The notes: generated by a model from the letters alone, not told the origin. A stretch of DNA of 32,000 bases from Ktedonobacterales bacterium (GCA_030167145.1 CP126532.1:1590001-1622000), one strand, 5' to 3'; shown: positions 10,746 to 19,153, counted from the first letter of the stretch. Made by a program: numbers and translations.

Positions 10746-11711
10746 CTATCCGCCAGTGGCGGGCTGGCGCACGCGCAGCCGCCCCGGCAGGATGCGCGCG
10801 TCGAAGCGGTCGGCGGAGATGACTTCGCCGTCGAGATGGGCATGGATGGGCTGTTTGGCGAGCATCGTCACACGCTGGACGCGCATGCGCTTGACCTCTG
10901 GCTCATTGAGGTGCTTGCCCTTTTCGATCAGCGGCAGCAGGCGAAAGGCGCGCAGTTGTGAGGGCTTCCAGATCATGCAGAGGTCGAAAAAACCGTCGTG
11001 CGGGTCGGCGTCGGGATTGATGCGGAAGCCGCCGCCGTAGGTGGGGCCGATGCTGACCGCCGCCAGCGCGAAGACGCGGCTGACCACCGGCTCGCCGTAT
11101 GGCTCAACGGTGAGTTCGGGGCAGCGGTTGTAGTGGAAGAACAACTCAGTCAGGCTGGCGGTCCAGTAGAGTGTTTGGCCGCGCATCAGTGGCAGTTTCT
11201 TGAGGTGTTCCGCCGCCGCCGCGATGTTAGCATCAATACCGACGCCCAGCGAATTCAGGAAGTAGCGCTCGTTGACCTGCCCCACGTCCATCGCGACGGC
11301 GGGAGCGGTCAGCGCGGCTTCCAGCGCGGCGAGCGGCTCTTTGGGCAGGCGCAGTGTCTGGTAGGCGTAGTCGTTGCCGGTGCCTGCTGGGACGATGCCC
11401 AGCGCGACATCGCGCCCGGAGGCAAGGATGCCGTTGGCGACCTCGGCGACCGTGCCATCGCCGCCGACGGCGACGACATCGCGCCCTGCCAGCGCCGCTT
11501 CGCGCGCAAGCCGCTCGCCGTCGCGCGGCCCCGCCGTCAATGCCAGATCCGCGCGCCCGCCCGCGATGCTGCGCTCGATCAGCGCACGCAACTGCTTCGC
11601 CCGCCCACGTGCGCCCGCCGGATTGAGGATCACCAGCGGCGGCGGCGCGTCATGCTGCGACGGCGTTGACATGCTCGATGGCGCGCTGACAACTGTGCCC
11701 GACTCGCCCAT
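10746..11711 (-). CDS. Diacylglycerol-kinase-family lipid kinase (YegS/BmrU type)
   Basis: Track start 11942 trimmed to ATG 11711 (GGAGGA 6 nt upstream). LVILNPAGARGRA, VVAVGGDGTVAEVANG and GIVPAGTGNDYA match the DAGK catalytic-domain signature. Confidence 0.88.
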   Translation of the reverse strand: MGESGTVVSAPSSMSTPSQHDAPPPLVILNPAGARGRAKQLRALIERSIAGGRADLALTAGPRDGERLAREAALAGRDVVAVGGDGTVAEVANGILASGRDVALGIVPAGTGNDYAYQTLRLPKEPLAALEAALTAPAVAMDVGQVNERYFLNSLGVGIDANIAAAAEHLKKLPLMRGQTLYWTASLTELFFHYNRCPELTVEPYGEPVVSRVFALAAVSIGPTYGGGFRINPDADPHDGFFDLCMIWKPSQLRAFRLLPLIEKGKHLNEPEVKRMRVQRVTMLAKQPIHAHLDGEVISADRFDARILPGRLRVRQPATGG

Positions 11712-11801
11712 AGCTGATCCTCCTCGGAGCGCGCCTCGCTCTGCGCTCGACAACGTTTGTAGTATCGCGTGGCGGCCCGCGGTGAACGCCCATCCACGCC
11801 A

Positions 11802-11853
11802 ATGTTGCGGACAGTATACAGGAGACCACAACAGGGCGCTATCCCAGCAATGG
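11802..11853 (-). promoter_or_regulatory. Conserved promoter-like module, copy 1 (upstream of lipid kinase gene)
   Basis: The minus strand reads CCaTTGCtggGATAGCGCCCTG-N13-TATACTGtCCGCAACAT. Both conserved blocks recur at 12366-12418. Confidence 0.45.
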
Positions 11854-11964
11854 CGCAGCAGCGCGTGAGCACGTGGCAAGTCCGCGCCGTATATCCCAGT
11901 AGAAACGGAAGCGAGCAGCATGGAGTTCGGATGGCACGGCATGTCGAAAGGGTGAGGAGTATGT

Positions 11965-12105
11965 ATGAAGGCACTTTGGAGGCATCAACCATTCTTGCGC
12001 GCACAGCGTCTTCGCCGTCGCGGCGCGCTATTGCCCTTTGTGCCCTCGGTGCTGTTGGTGGGGTGCGGGCAGCGAGTGCTGTATCCACACCCGCCGCCCG
12101 CATAA
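11965..12105 (+). CDS. Candidate small lipoprotein ORF (46 aa), not in the ORF track
   Basis: GAGGAG lies 5 nt upstream of ATG 11965. My hand translation is MKALWRHQPFLRAQRLRRRGALLPFVPSVLLVGCGQRVLYPHPPPA, with stop TAA at 12103-12105. It has a basic n-region, a hydrophobic core and an L-V-G-C lipobox. It fits the gap between neighbouring genes without overlapping either. Confidence 0.3.
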   Translation: MKALWRHQPFLRAQRLRRRGALLPFVPSVLLVGCGQRVLYPHPPPA

Positions 12106-12116
12106 ATGTTCGGGTA

Positions 12117-12326
12117 TCAGCCCCAGGTCCATTCAGTCTTGGGCCCGGGGCGGCCCTGAGCCTCCGCCTGTCGCTTCTCCCGAATGTCTGCCACCAACGC
12201 GGCGCATAGATCTACGCACTCGTTGCAGATATCGGCCAATGATCCGCGAATGATGATCTCTACTTGATCTTCGGTCTTGCTGCAAAAGTCGCAACGGACC
12301 TCCTTGTGTTTTGTACGCGCTTCCAT
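12117..12326 (-). CDS. Standalone ClpX-type C4 zinc-finger (ZBD) protein
   Basis: 69 aa. CDFCSKTEDQVEIIIRGSLADICNECVDLC matches the ClpX N-terminal zinc-binding domain (CxxC-x18-CxxC). No AAA+ module follows. GGAGG lies 9 nt upstream of the ATG. Confidence 0.75.
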   Translation of the reverse strand: MEARTKHKEVRCDFCSKTEDQVEIIIRGSLADICNECVDLCAALVADIREKRQAEAQGRPGPKTEWTWG

Positions 12327-12365
12327 GTCGGCTTACCTCCAGTGGCTACGCATTGACTATCGCCT

Positions 12366-12418
12366 ATGTTGCGGTCAGTATAGTACTGCCGTGTGGCAGG
12401 GCGCTATCTCGGCAACGG
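12366..12418 (-). promoter_or_regulatory. Conserved promoter-like module, copy 2 (upstream of ClpX-ZBD gene)
   Basis: The minus strand reads CCgTTGCcgaGATAGCGCCCTG-N14-TATACTGaCCGCAACAT. TATACT (12382-12377) lies about 51 nt upstream of ATG 12326. Confidence 0.45.
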
Positions 12419-12534
12419 TGTAGAGCGCCAGCGTCCTCGCTTGACGTGGCAGCCAGCCGTGTGGTGTGTTTTGAGCTCATGAGATGGCTTGCGCCGATGT
12501 GATGCTGAGGTTTGGGTGCGGGAGAAGATAGACG

Positions 12535-13089
12535 ATGGACGACGCGCGATTGGTGCGTATCAGCAAGTATCTCAGCAAGCATCTGCGCCACCAGCCCCAG
12601 AGCCTCGGCCTGACACTTGAGCCGGGCGGCTGGGTATCGGTGGAGACGCTGTTAGCTGCCTCCGCCGCACATGGCATGCCGTTCACCCGCGATGAACTGG
12701 ACGAGGTGGTGGCGCGCAACAATAAACAGCGCTTCTCCTTCGACGCCAGTGGCGAGCGCATCCGCGCCAACCAGGGCCATAGCGTTGAGGTGGATCTGCA
12801 ACTTGAGCCGCGCATCCCGCCAGAGGTGTTGTATCATGGCACCGGCGCGACTGCCGTTCCCGCCATCCTCCAGCAAGGGCTGCTGAAGATGCGCCGCCAC
12901 CATGTGCATCTCTCGCCGGATGTGGCGACCGCGCGAACGGTTGGGCGGCGGCATGGCGCACCGCGCGTCTTCGCGGTGCTGGCGGGCGCGATGAGCCGCG
13001 ATGGATGCACGTTTTACCGCGCGGAAAATGGCGTCTGGCTCGTAGATGCGGTCTCGCCGCGCTATCTGCGGCTGCTGGAAAACACATGA
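12535..13089 (+). CDS. kptA: RNA 2'-phosphotransferase (Tpt1/KptA family)
   Basis: 184 aa. ISKYLSKHLRH, GGWVSVETLL, KQRFSF...RIRANQGHS, LYHGT and HHVHLS match the Tpt1/KptA signature. Confidence 0.92.
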   Translation: MDDARLVRISKYLSKHLRHQPQSLGLTLEPGGWVSVETLLAASAAHGMPFTRDELDEVVARNNKQRFSFDASGERIRANQGHSVEVDLQLEPRIPPEVLYHGTGATAVPAILQQGLLKMRRHHVHLSPDVATARTVGRRHGAPRVFAVLAGAMSRDGCTFYRAENGVWLVDAVSPRYLRLLENT

Positions 13090-13104
13090 CAGACAAGGTG
13101 CGCT

Positions 13105-13764
13105 ATGAGCTTGCTCCTGGATCATAAGCCGCTGGTCGTCGGTGTGGCGGGTGGCACTGGCGCGGGCAAAACCACCGTCGCGCACGCCATCATGGAGGCC
13201 GTCGGGTTGGAGCGCGTGGCGGTGCTGCCGGAAGACGCCTACTATCGCGAGTATCGCCATCTTTCTGAGGGTGAGCGCACCGAAATCAACTGGGATCACC
13301 CCGACGCCATCGAAGTGGATCTGCTGCTGGATCATCTGCGCGCGCTGCTCGCGGGCCAGCCCATCGCGCGCCCCGTCTACGACTTCGCCGCGTATGCCCG
13401 CGCGCCCGAAACCATACCCGTGCAACCCCGGCCCGTAGTGCTCTTGGAAGGCATTCTCATTTATGTTGACCCGCGTGTGCGCGCCCTCTGTGACGTGAAA
13501 GTGTTCGTGGATACCGACGCCGATCTGCGCTTCATTCGTCGGCTGCGGCGCGACGTGACCGAGCGAGGACGCACGATGGAGAGCGTCGTCGGCCAGTATC
13601 TCGCGACTGTGCGCCCGATGCATGTGGCGTTCGTCGAGCCGACCAAGCGTTTCGCCGACATCATCGTACCCGAAGGCGGCGAGAATCAGGTGGCTATCGA
13701 GTTGCTGCGTTCGGCGATGCTGCATTCACTGGCGCAGCGCACAGATCCCCCTGACGCGCGCTAA
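13105..13764 (+). CDS. udk: Uridine kinase
   Basis: 219 aa starting 15 nt after the kptA stop. P-loop GVAGGTGAGKTT, WDHPDAIEVDLLLDHL, LLEGILI and DTDADLRFIRRLRRDVTERGR. Confidence 0.95.
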   Translation: MSLLLDHKPLVVGVAGGTGAGKTTVAHAIMEAVGLERVAVLPEDAYYREYRHLSEGERTEINWDHPDAIEVDLLLDHLRALLAGQPIARPVYDFAAYARAPETIPVQPRPVVLLEGILIYVDPRVRALCDVKVFVDTDADLRFIRRLRRDVTERGRTMESVVGQYLATVRPMHVAFVEPTKRFADIIVPEGGENQVAIELLRSAMLHSLAQRTDPPDAR

Positions 13765-13775
13765 CCCACCCATGT

Positions 13776-13790
13776 TATACTTTGCCGCAA
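13776..13790 (+). promoter_or_regulatory. Candidate -10 region TATACT-ttg-CCGCAA upstream of the aldehyde dehydrogenase gene
   Basis: TATACT (13776-13781) and CCGCAA (13785-13790) lie about 70 nt upstream of ATG 13850. The same TATACT-N2/3-CCGCAA arrangement is found in the two minus-strand modules at 11.8 and 12.4 kb. Confidence 0.35.
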
Positions 13791-13849
13791 GAAATGTGAG
13801 TCTCGCCTCAACAACGTGACGCTGGTGTTTCCCAATGGAGGTATGCGCT

Positions 13850-15601
13850 ATGGCCGTCGCCGACCGTCCTGGTTCTCCACAGTTCCCCGCTATCGCTGGC
13901 GCTATCGCGCCTACCAGCCACGAGGCGATAGACGCGGCTATCGAAACGCTACAGCAGCGCAAAGACGCCTGGCTCGCCGTCTCGGTCGCGGAGCGCATCG
14001 CCCTGGTGGACCGGCTCATCACCGATAACTGGGTCATCGCGGATCGCTGGGTAGCCGCGTGCCTGAAGGCGAAGGATATCGCGCCGGATTCACCGATGCG
14101 CGGCGAGGAGTGGGCCACTGGCCCCTACACGCTGCTGCTGACGTTGCGCCAGATGCGCCAGTCGCTGGTAGACATCCAGCGCACGGGCAAGCCGAAGATT
14201 CCCGGTACCGTCACCACGCGCCCCGACGGGCAGGTGGTGGCGCGCGTCTTTCCGCAGAACGGCTACGATAAGCTCTTCTACACTGGCGTGACCGCTGATG
14301 TCTGGATGCAGCCAGGTGTCACCAAAGACAATCTCGCCGAGAACCAAGCGGTAATCTATTCCAAAAAGCCCGCCAGCCGCGTCGCTCTAGTGCTGGGCGC
14401 AGGCAATGTTTCCAGTATCGGACCGCTGGACCTGCTCTATAAACTGCTGGTCGAAGATCAGGTAGTGATCTTCAAGAGCAATCCGGTCAACGCCTATCTG
14501 GGTCCGCTGATGGAAGAGAGCTTCCGCGCGCTAATCGAGCCGGGCTACCTGCGCATCGTCCACGGTGGCGCGGAGGAGGGCGCGTATCTGTGTAACCATC
14601 CCGACGTGGACGAGATTCACATCACCGGCTCGGATAAGACCTTCGATGCCATCGTCTTTGGCCCTGGGCCAGAAGGCGCGGCGCGCAAAGCCGCGAATAC
14701 GCCGCTACTGAACAAGCGCATCACCGGCGAACTGGGCAACGTTAGCCCGGTGATCGTGGTTCCTGGCCCGTGGAGCGCCAGCGACCTCGACTATCAGGCG
14801 GCGCATCTGGTCTCGATGCTGACCAATAACGCGGGATTCAACTGCAACGCCACACGCGTTATCATCCAGCATGCGGGCTGGGGCAAGCGCGACGATCTGC
14901 TGCGTCGCATGCGCGCAGTGCTGCGCACTGTGCCGCCACGCGCGGCGTACTATCCCGGCGCGCGGGCGCGGCAAGAGAGCTTCGTCGCGGCGCACCCCGA
15001 CGCCGAACTCTACGGCACGCCCACCGCTGGCGATCAACTGCCGTGGACGCTGATCTCTGGCGTCAATCCCGCGAACACCGATGACATCTGTTTCACCACC
15101 GAGGCGTTCTGCAGCCTCTTCTCCGAAACGGCGCTAGAGGCCGCCAGCCCCGCTGAGTTCCTCGACCGAGCGGTGGCGTTTGCCAACGATTCGCTCTGGG
15201 GCACGCTGAACGTCACGATTCTGATTCACCCGAAGACGCTCAAAGATCCCGCCGTCGCCGCCGCATACGAGCGAGCCATCGCCAGCCTGCGCTATGGCAC
15301 GGTCGGCGTCAACTACTGGGCAGGCACCAACTTCGTGCTTGGCGTCACGACGTGGGGCGCATTCCCGGGGCATCCGCTCAACGATATTCAGTCGGGCAAC
15401 GATGTAGTGCATAACTCGCTGATGTTCGCTCGCCCGCAGAAGACCGTGCTGCACGCGCCGTTCCGCTCGACGCCCATCCCGCCGTGGTTCGTAACGCGGG
15501 CCACGGCGGGCGCGAAGGTGTTCCCGAAGCTCGCCGCGTTCGAGGCGCACCCATCGTCCGCAAAGGTGCCGGGCATCGTCGCGGCAGCCCTGGGCATGTG
15601 A
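13850..15601 (+). CDS. Aldehyde dehydrogenase superfamily protein
   Basis: Start moved to ATG 13850 (GGAGG 8 nt upstream). ALDH features: FKSNPVN, ITGSDKTF, GELGNVSP (catalytic Glu region), NAGFNCNATR (catalytic Cys region). Substrate unknown. Confidence 0.88.
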   Translation: MAVADRPGSPQFPAIAGAIAPTSHEAIDAAIETLQQRKDAWLAVSVAERIALVDRLITDNWVIADRWVAACLKAKDIAPDSPMRGEEWATGPYTLLLTLRQMRQSLVDIQRTGKPKIPGTVTTRPDGQVVARVFPQNGYDKLFYTGVTADVWMQPGVTKDNLAENQAVIYSKKPASRVALVLGAGNVSSIGPLDLLYKLLVEDQVVIFKSNPVNAYLGPLMEESFRALIEPGYLRIVHGGAEEGAYLCNHPDVDEIHITGSDKTFDAIVFGPGPEGAARKAANTPLLNKRITGELGNVSPVIVVPGPWSASDLDYQAAHLVSMLTNNAGFNCNATRVIIQHAGWGKRDDLLRRMRAVLRTVPPRAAYYPGARARQESFVAAHPDAELYGTPTAGDQLPWTLISGVNPANTDDICFTTEAFCSLFSETALEAASPAEFLDRAVAFANDSLWGTLNVTILIHPKTLKDPAVAAAYERAIASLRYGTVGVNYWAGTNFVLGVTTWGAFPGHPLNDIQSGNDVVHNSLMFARPQKTVLHAPFRSTPIPPWFVTRATAGAKVFPKLAAFEAHPSSAKVPGIVAAALGM

Positions 15602-15619
15602 GGGGCGCGCTGCCTATGC

Positions 15620-16606
15620 TCAGGCGACGCCGAAGCTAAGGCCAAGCTGGCGCAGCCAGGTGCGATAGGCGATGGCGACGCGGTCGGAGCGCAGATGCAG
15701 TTCGGCCTGCAAGTCGAGCGGCAGCAATTCTGGCCGCTGCGACTCCACGACCACGCGATCTTCCTCGAAGATGCGCAGGATGCGCGGGGAATAGATGGTC
15801 TTGAGCGCGGCGCTATCGGTAATCTCATCTGTTTGGGCAGCCGCGATGATGAACCATCCAGTGCTGTCCAGTTCGTCGTGCGGGGTGATGGCCAGCATCA
15901 GGCCAAAACTGCCCTCACCTACCGACTTGCTAAAGTGGGCGGTGAGTGGCCGGTAGGCATGATAGGTGTAGTGGACCAACCCCGCCGTGCCGCCGAAGGG
16001 GTCGGGCTGATAGACTTCGATGGGGTCAGACTCCACGCCGTCTGGCCCGATGCGTACCTGGAAGTCGCCGATTTCGGGATGTTCGGGATCGCCCAGTACG
16101 CCCGCATGGACGTATGGGAAGTGCGCCGCATCAAGGAAATTTTCGACCAGGCGCGGGCCATGCGCCTGCACGTGCCGTGCTGGCTCGCAGACCGCCGTGA
16201 CGAATTCTGGCTGGGCATCTTCGGGGAACGGCGGGATGTCGTTCGCTGGCTCGCCCAGGCACACCCAGAGCAGGCCGTAGCGCTCCTGAAGCTGGTAGCG
16301 CTTCACCCTGGCCTTGACTGGCGGCGTCTGGCTGGGGTGCGCGGGCATGTGGACACACGCGCCCTCCTGGTTATAGGTCCACCCATGATAGGGGCAGCGC
16401 AGGCAATCATCCACGATTTTGCCGAGCGAGAGCTTCGCGCCACGGTGGACGCAGAGATCACGCCAGGCGTGATACTGGCCATCCATCTTCCACAATACCA
16501 GGTCTTCGCCGAGCAGGCGCACACTCAGAATAGGCTGCTCGTCGAATTGATCGGGCGTTGCGACGGGATGCCAGTCGTTGACCAGTACGGGATCGTTCCT
16601 CAACAT
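15620..16606 (-). CDS. Rieske [2Fe-2S] non-heme-iron oxygenase (VanA/PAO-like alpha subunit)
   Basis: Track start trimmed to ATG 16606 (GGGGAG upstream; MLRNDPVLVNDWHPV). Rieske CVHRGAKL...CPYHGWTY (CxH...CxxH) and mononuclear iron site NFLDAAHFPYVH. Confidence 0.88.
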   Translation of the reverse strand: MLRNDPVLVNDWHPVATPDQFDEQPILSVRLLGEDLVLWKMDGQYHAWRDLCVHRGAKLSLGKIVDDCLRCPYHGWTYNQEGACVHMPAHPSQTPPVKARVKRYQLQERYGLLWVCLGEPANDIPPFPEDAQPEFVTAVCEPARHVQAHGPRLVENFLDAAHFPYVHAGVLGDPEHPEIGDFQVRIGPDGVESDPIEVYQPDPFGGTAGLVHYTYHAYRPLTAHFSKSVGEGSFGLMLAITPHDELDSTGWFIIAAAQTDEITDSAALKTIYSPRILRIFEEDRVVVESQRPELLPLDLQAELHLRSDRVAIAYRTWLRQLGLSFGVA

Positions 16607-16722
16607 CGCAAGACTCCCCTTCCAGGCGCTCGTGCGGTGGATAGAGACGATCAATGCTGGTGCGCGTCGGGCTACCACCACCGCAGGGAGCCGCCGCGCG
16701 GATGTGTCGTGTGCCGGGAATG

Positions 16723-18288
16723 CTAGCGCGCTACATCGGGCATGGTGCGTTCCACTGCTCGCAGGACGCGCTCAGAACGAATGAGTATCGCCAGGGTTTC
16801 GATATCCGGAGTGGTCTCGCGGTCGTGGTCTAAAAACGCCACCCGCTCGCGCACGATGTCGTAGGCCGCGTGGGTGGCCTGCCCCAGCCGGGCGGGTCCA
16901 TCAGGGCGCAGGTCAATGGCCTGGGCAGCGGTAAGCAACTCGATGGCGATGATGTGGCGCACGTTCTCCACGATCTCCAGCGCGTGGCGAGCGGCGTTTG
17001 CGCCCATACTAACGTGGTCTTCCTGATTGGCGCACGAGGGAACGGAGTCCACGCTATCGGGATGCGCCAGCGTTTTGTTATCAGAGACGAGCGCGGCGGC
17101 GGTGTACTGCGGCATCATCAGGCCGCTATCCAGCCCGCTGGATGGGGCAAGCATGGCGGGCAGGCCGTTGCTGAGTTCCGGGGTAAGCAGGCGGAAGGTG
17201 CGCCGCTCGGAGATGTTGCCCACCGAAGAGAGCGCGATGCCCAGGAAATCCAGCCACATGCTCGGCCCCTGCCCGTGAAAGTTGCCGCCAGAGACCTTGA
17301 ACGCCTCGTTCGTATCCGCGAAGATCAGCGGATTGTCCGACGCAGCATTGAGCGCCGAGGTGAAGCGCTCGCGGAGGAAGGTGATGGTGTCACGCGCCGG
17401 GCCGAGCACGTGGGGCGTGCAGCGCAAGCTATACGGGTCTTGCACGCGCTCCGGATCCGAATCAATGAACTGGCTGCCCTGCAGGAGCGCGCGCAGGTTG
17501 GCGGCGGTCGTGACCTGGCCTGGCTGTCGGTTGGCCTCGTGCAGCGCGGGATGCAGCGCCTCGGAGAGTCCGCAGAGCGCCTCGAAGCTGAGCGCGGCGG
17601 CGATTTCCGCATGCGCAATGAGGACTTCGGCGTCGTGCAGGGCCAGCGCACCCGCCGCGACCATCAGCGTGGTGCCGTTGGTGAGCGCGAGACCTTCTTT
17701 CGCTTCCGGGACGACACGCTCCAAGCCAGCGCGCGCCATCGCATCCGCGCCGCTCATCAGCTCGCCCTGATAATACGCCTGCCCACTGAAGCCGCCATCC
17801 TCGCTTTCGTCACGGGTCAACACCACCGCGATATGCGCCAGCGGAGCAAGATCGCCGCTCGCGCCGAGCGAGCCTTTACGCGGCACCCAGGGTGTGACAC
17901 CGCGATTCAGCATCTCGATCAGCAATCCGGCGACCTGCGGACGGATGCCAGAGTTGCCGGGCGCGAACATATTCGCACGAATGAGCATCATCGCGCGGAC
18001 GACTTCGATGGGCAGCGGCTCGCCGACACCGACGAGGCAGGTGAGGATGAGATTGCGTGACAACTGCCGCGCTTGATCGGGCGCGATACGCACCCGCGCC
18101 AATGAGCCGAAGCCGGTGTTGACGCCATAGACCACCTTGCTGTCGCTCGCGATCACGCCGGCGATCCACTGGCGGCTGGTCTCCATGCGTGCGACGACTT
18201 CGGGCGAATACGGCGCGACCTGCTCCGCGTGGCGGGCGACGGCAACGACATCCGCGATGGAGAGTTCGCTACCTGTAAGTTGGAGCAT
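16723..18288 (-). CDS. MIO-dependent aromatic amino acid/histidine ammonia-lyase family enzyme (substrate uncertain)
   Basis: 521 aa. MIO triad in GSLGASGDLAPLAHIA (ASG encoded at 17854-17862), plus YGVNTGFG, LTNGT, QDPYSLRC, GGNFHGQ and SANQEDHVSM. The selectivity pair is Thr83-Cys84 (18037-18042), not the Ser-His of HAL. Confidence 0.92.
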   Translation of the reverse strand: MLQLTGSELSIADVVAVARHAEQVAPYSPEVVARMETSRQWIAGVIASDSKVVYGVNTGFGSLARVRIAPDQARQLSRNLILTCLVGVGEPLPIEVVRAMMLIRANMFAPGNSGIRPQVAGLLIEMLNRGVTPWVPRKGSLGASGDLAPLAHIAVVLTRDESEDGGFSGQAYYQGELMSGADAMARAGLERVVPEAKEGLALTNGTTLMVAAGALALHDAEVLIAHAEIAAALSFEALCGLSEALHPALHEANRQPGQVTTAANLRALLQGSQFIDSDPERVQDPYSLRCTPHVLGPARDTITFLRERFTSALNAASDNPLIFADTNEAFKVSGGNFHGQGPSMWLDFLGIALSSVGNISERRTFRLLTPELSNGLPAMLAPSSGLDSGLMMPQYTAAALVSDNKTLAHPDSVDSVPSCANQEDHVSMGANAARHALEIVENVRHIIAIELLTAAQAIDLRPDGPARLGQATHAAYDIVRERVAFLDHDRETTPDIETLAILIRSERVLRAVERTMPDVAR

Positions 18289-18587
18289 ATGGCGGCATCC
18301 CTTTCAGTTACTATGCGATCAGGTCGTTCGCGAGAGCGCGCTGTCGCGCTGAACGTACTTTGCATTGTGAGACATCACGGGCGCACCCAGCAATTCAGGA
18401 TGTGCCCAGGCTTATCCAAACCTGTGCATACCTGTGCAGGCGTCGTGGGTCAGCGTTGCCACCGCCGCTGGGAAGCAGGCGCGCTATGCCCCGGTGCGGA
18501 ATGCTACAATACGCCACATATCCTGACATGCGCGCGCGACGCTTGCTGCGCGGTCCGCATTCCTGGTGGTGTGGTAGAGACCAATAT

Positions 18588-19106
18588 ATGGCATCTGACA
18601 ACGCAAACGAAAAAGATGAGCCGCATAGCGAGTACCAGCGCGACGGCGGCGACGAGGGCGACGGGGGCGAAACGCCGCCACTGGAGCGTGTGCGTTTCGG
18701 CCTGGGCAAAGAACTGTGCCTGTACGATGATGCGCTCGTCGTGAACCTGCGCGAGCAACACGAAGAAACGCGCTACACTCTCGACAACATTCGGCGGCTG
18801 GCGCTGGTGCCAGGAGAACATACGCCCAGCAAACTCGTGCTGATGTTTGAGCTGGACGATGGCAATGTGGTGATCGCTGCCGAGGGCATGACCAACGTGC
18901 GCGGTTTCCGCAAACTGCTGGCGAAGCTCCAGGAGATGCGCCCAGAAATTGAGCTTGACCCACCGAATATGGACGAGGAGTTGCGCCAGGCGCTGGTGAT
19001 TCGGGGCCGCTACTCGCTGGGCTGTTATGGGCTTGTGTTCGGTTCATGTATCCTGCTCTTGATCGTGTATTTTGCTGTCGCCGCTCTTGGCCACTTTGCG
19101 CGGTGA
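18588..19106 (+). CDS. Hypothetical protein with acidic N-terminus and C-terminal TM anchor
   Basis: Track start 18360 trimmed to ATG 18588 (MASDNANEKDEPHSEY). Central globular part, then C-terminal hydrophobic LGCYGLVFGSCILLLIVYFAVAALG. No family recognised, and the start is uncertain. Confidence 0.5.
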   Translation: MASDNANEKDEPHSEYQRDGGDEGDGGETPPLERVRFGLGKELCLYDDALVVNLREQHEETRYTLDNIRRLALVPGEHTPSKLVLMFELDDGNVVIAAEGMTNVRGFRKLLAKLQEMRPEIELDPPNMDEELRQALVIRGRYSLGCYGLVFGSCILLLIVYFAVAALGHFAR

Positions 19107-19153
19107 TGGTTCGTGAATGGTTCCTGCGACCCTCTCGCCATAATCGTCGGCCT

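Noticed and set aside
12652-13725. 357-aa minus-strand ORF opposite kptA and udk
   Set aside because: It is antisense to two confidently recognised genes and has no motifs. It is a GC-driven open frame.
15695-18060. Long + strand ORFs (15695-16726, 16870-18060) opposite the Rieske and ammonia-lyase genes
   Set aside because: They are shadow ORFs antisense to genes with complete catalytic motifs. Their products are Arg/Gly/Asp-rich and featureless.
16723-18288. Calling the ammonia-lyase hutH within a histidine-utilisation operon
   Set aside because: No hutU, hutI, hutG or hutC is adjacent, and the HAL-specific Ser-His pair is replaced by Thr-Cys. I kept a family-level call without a gene symbol.
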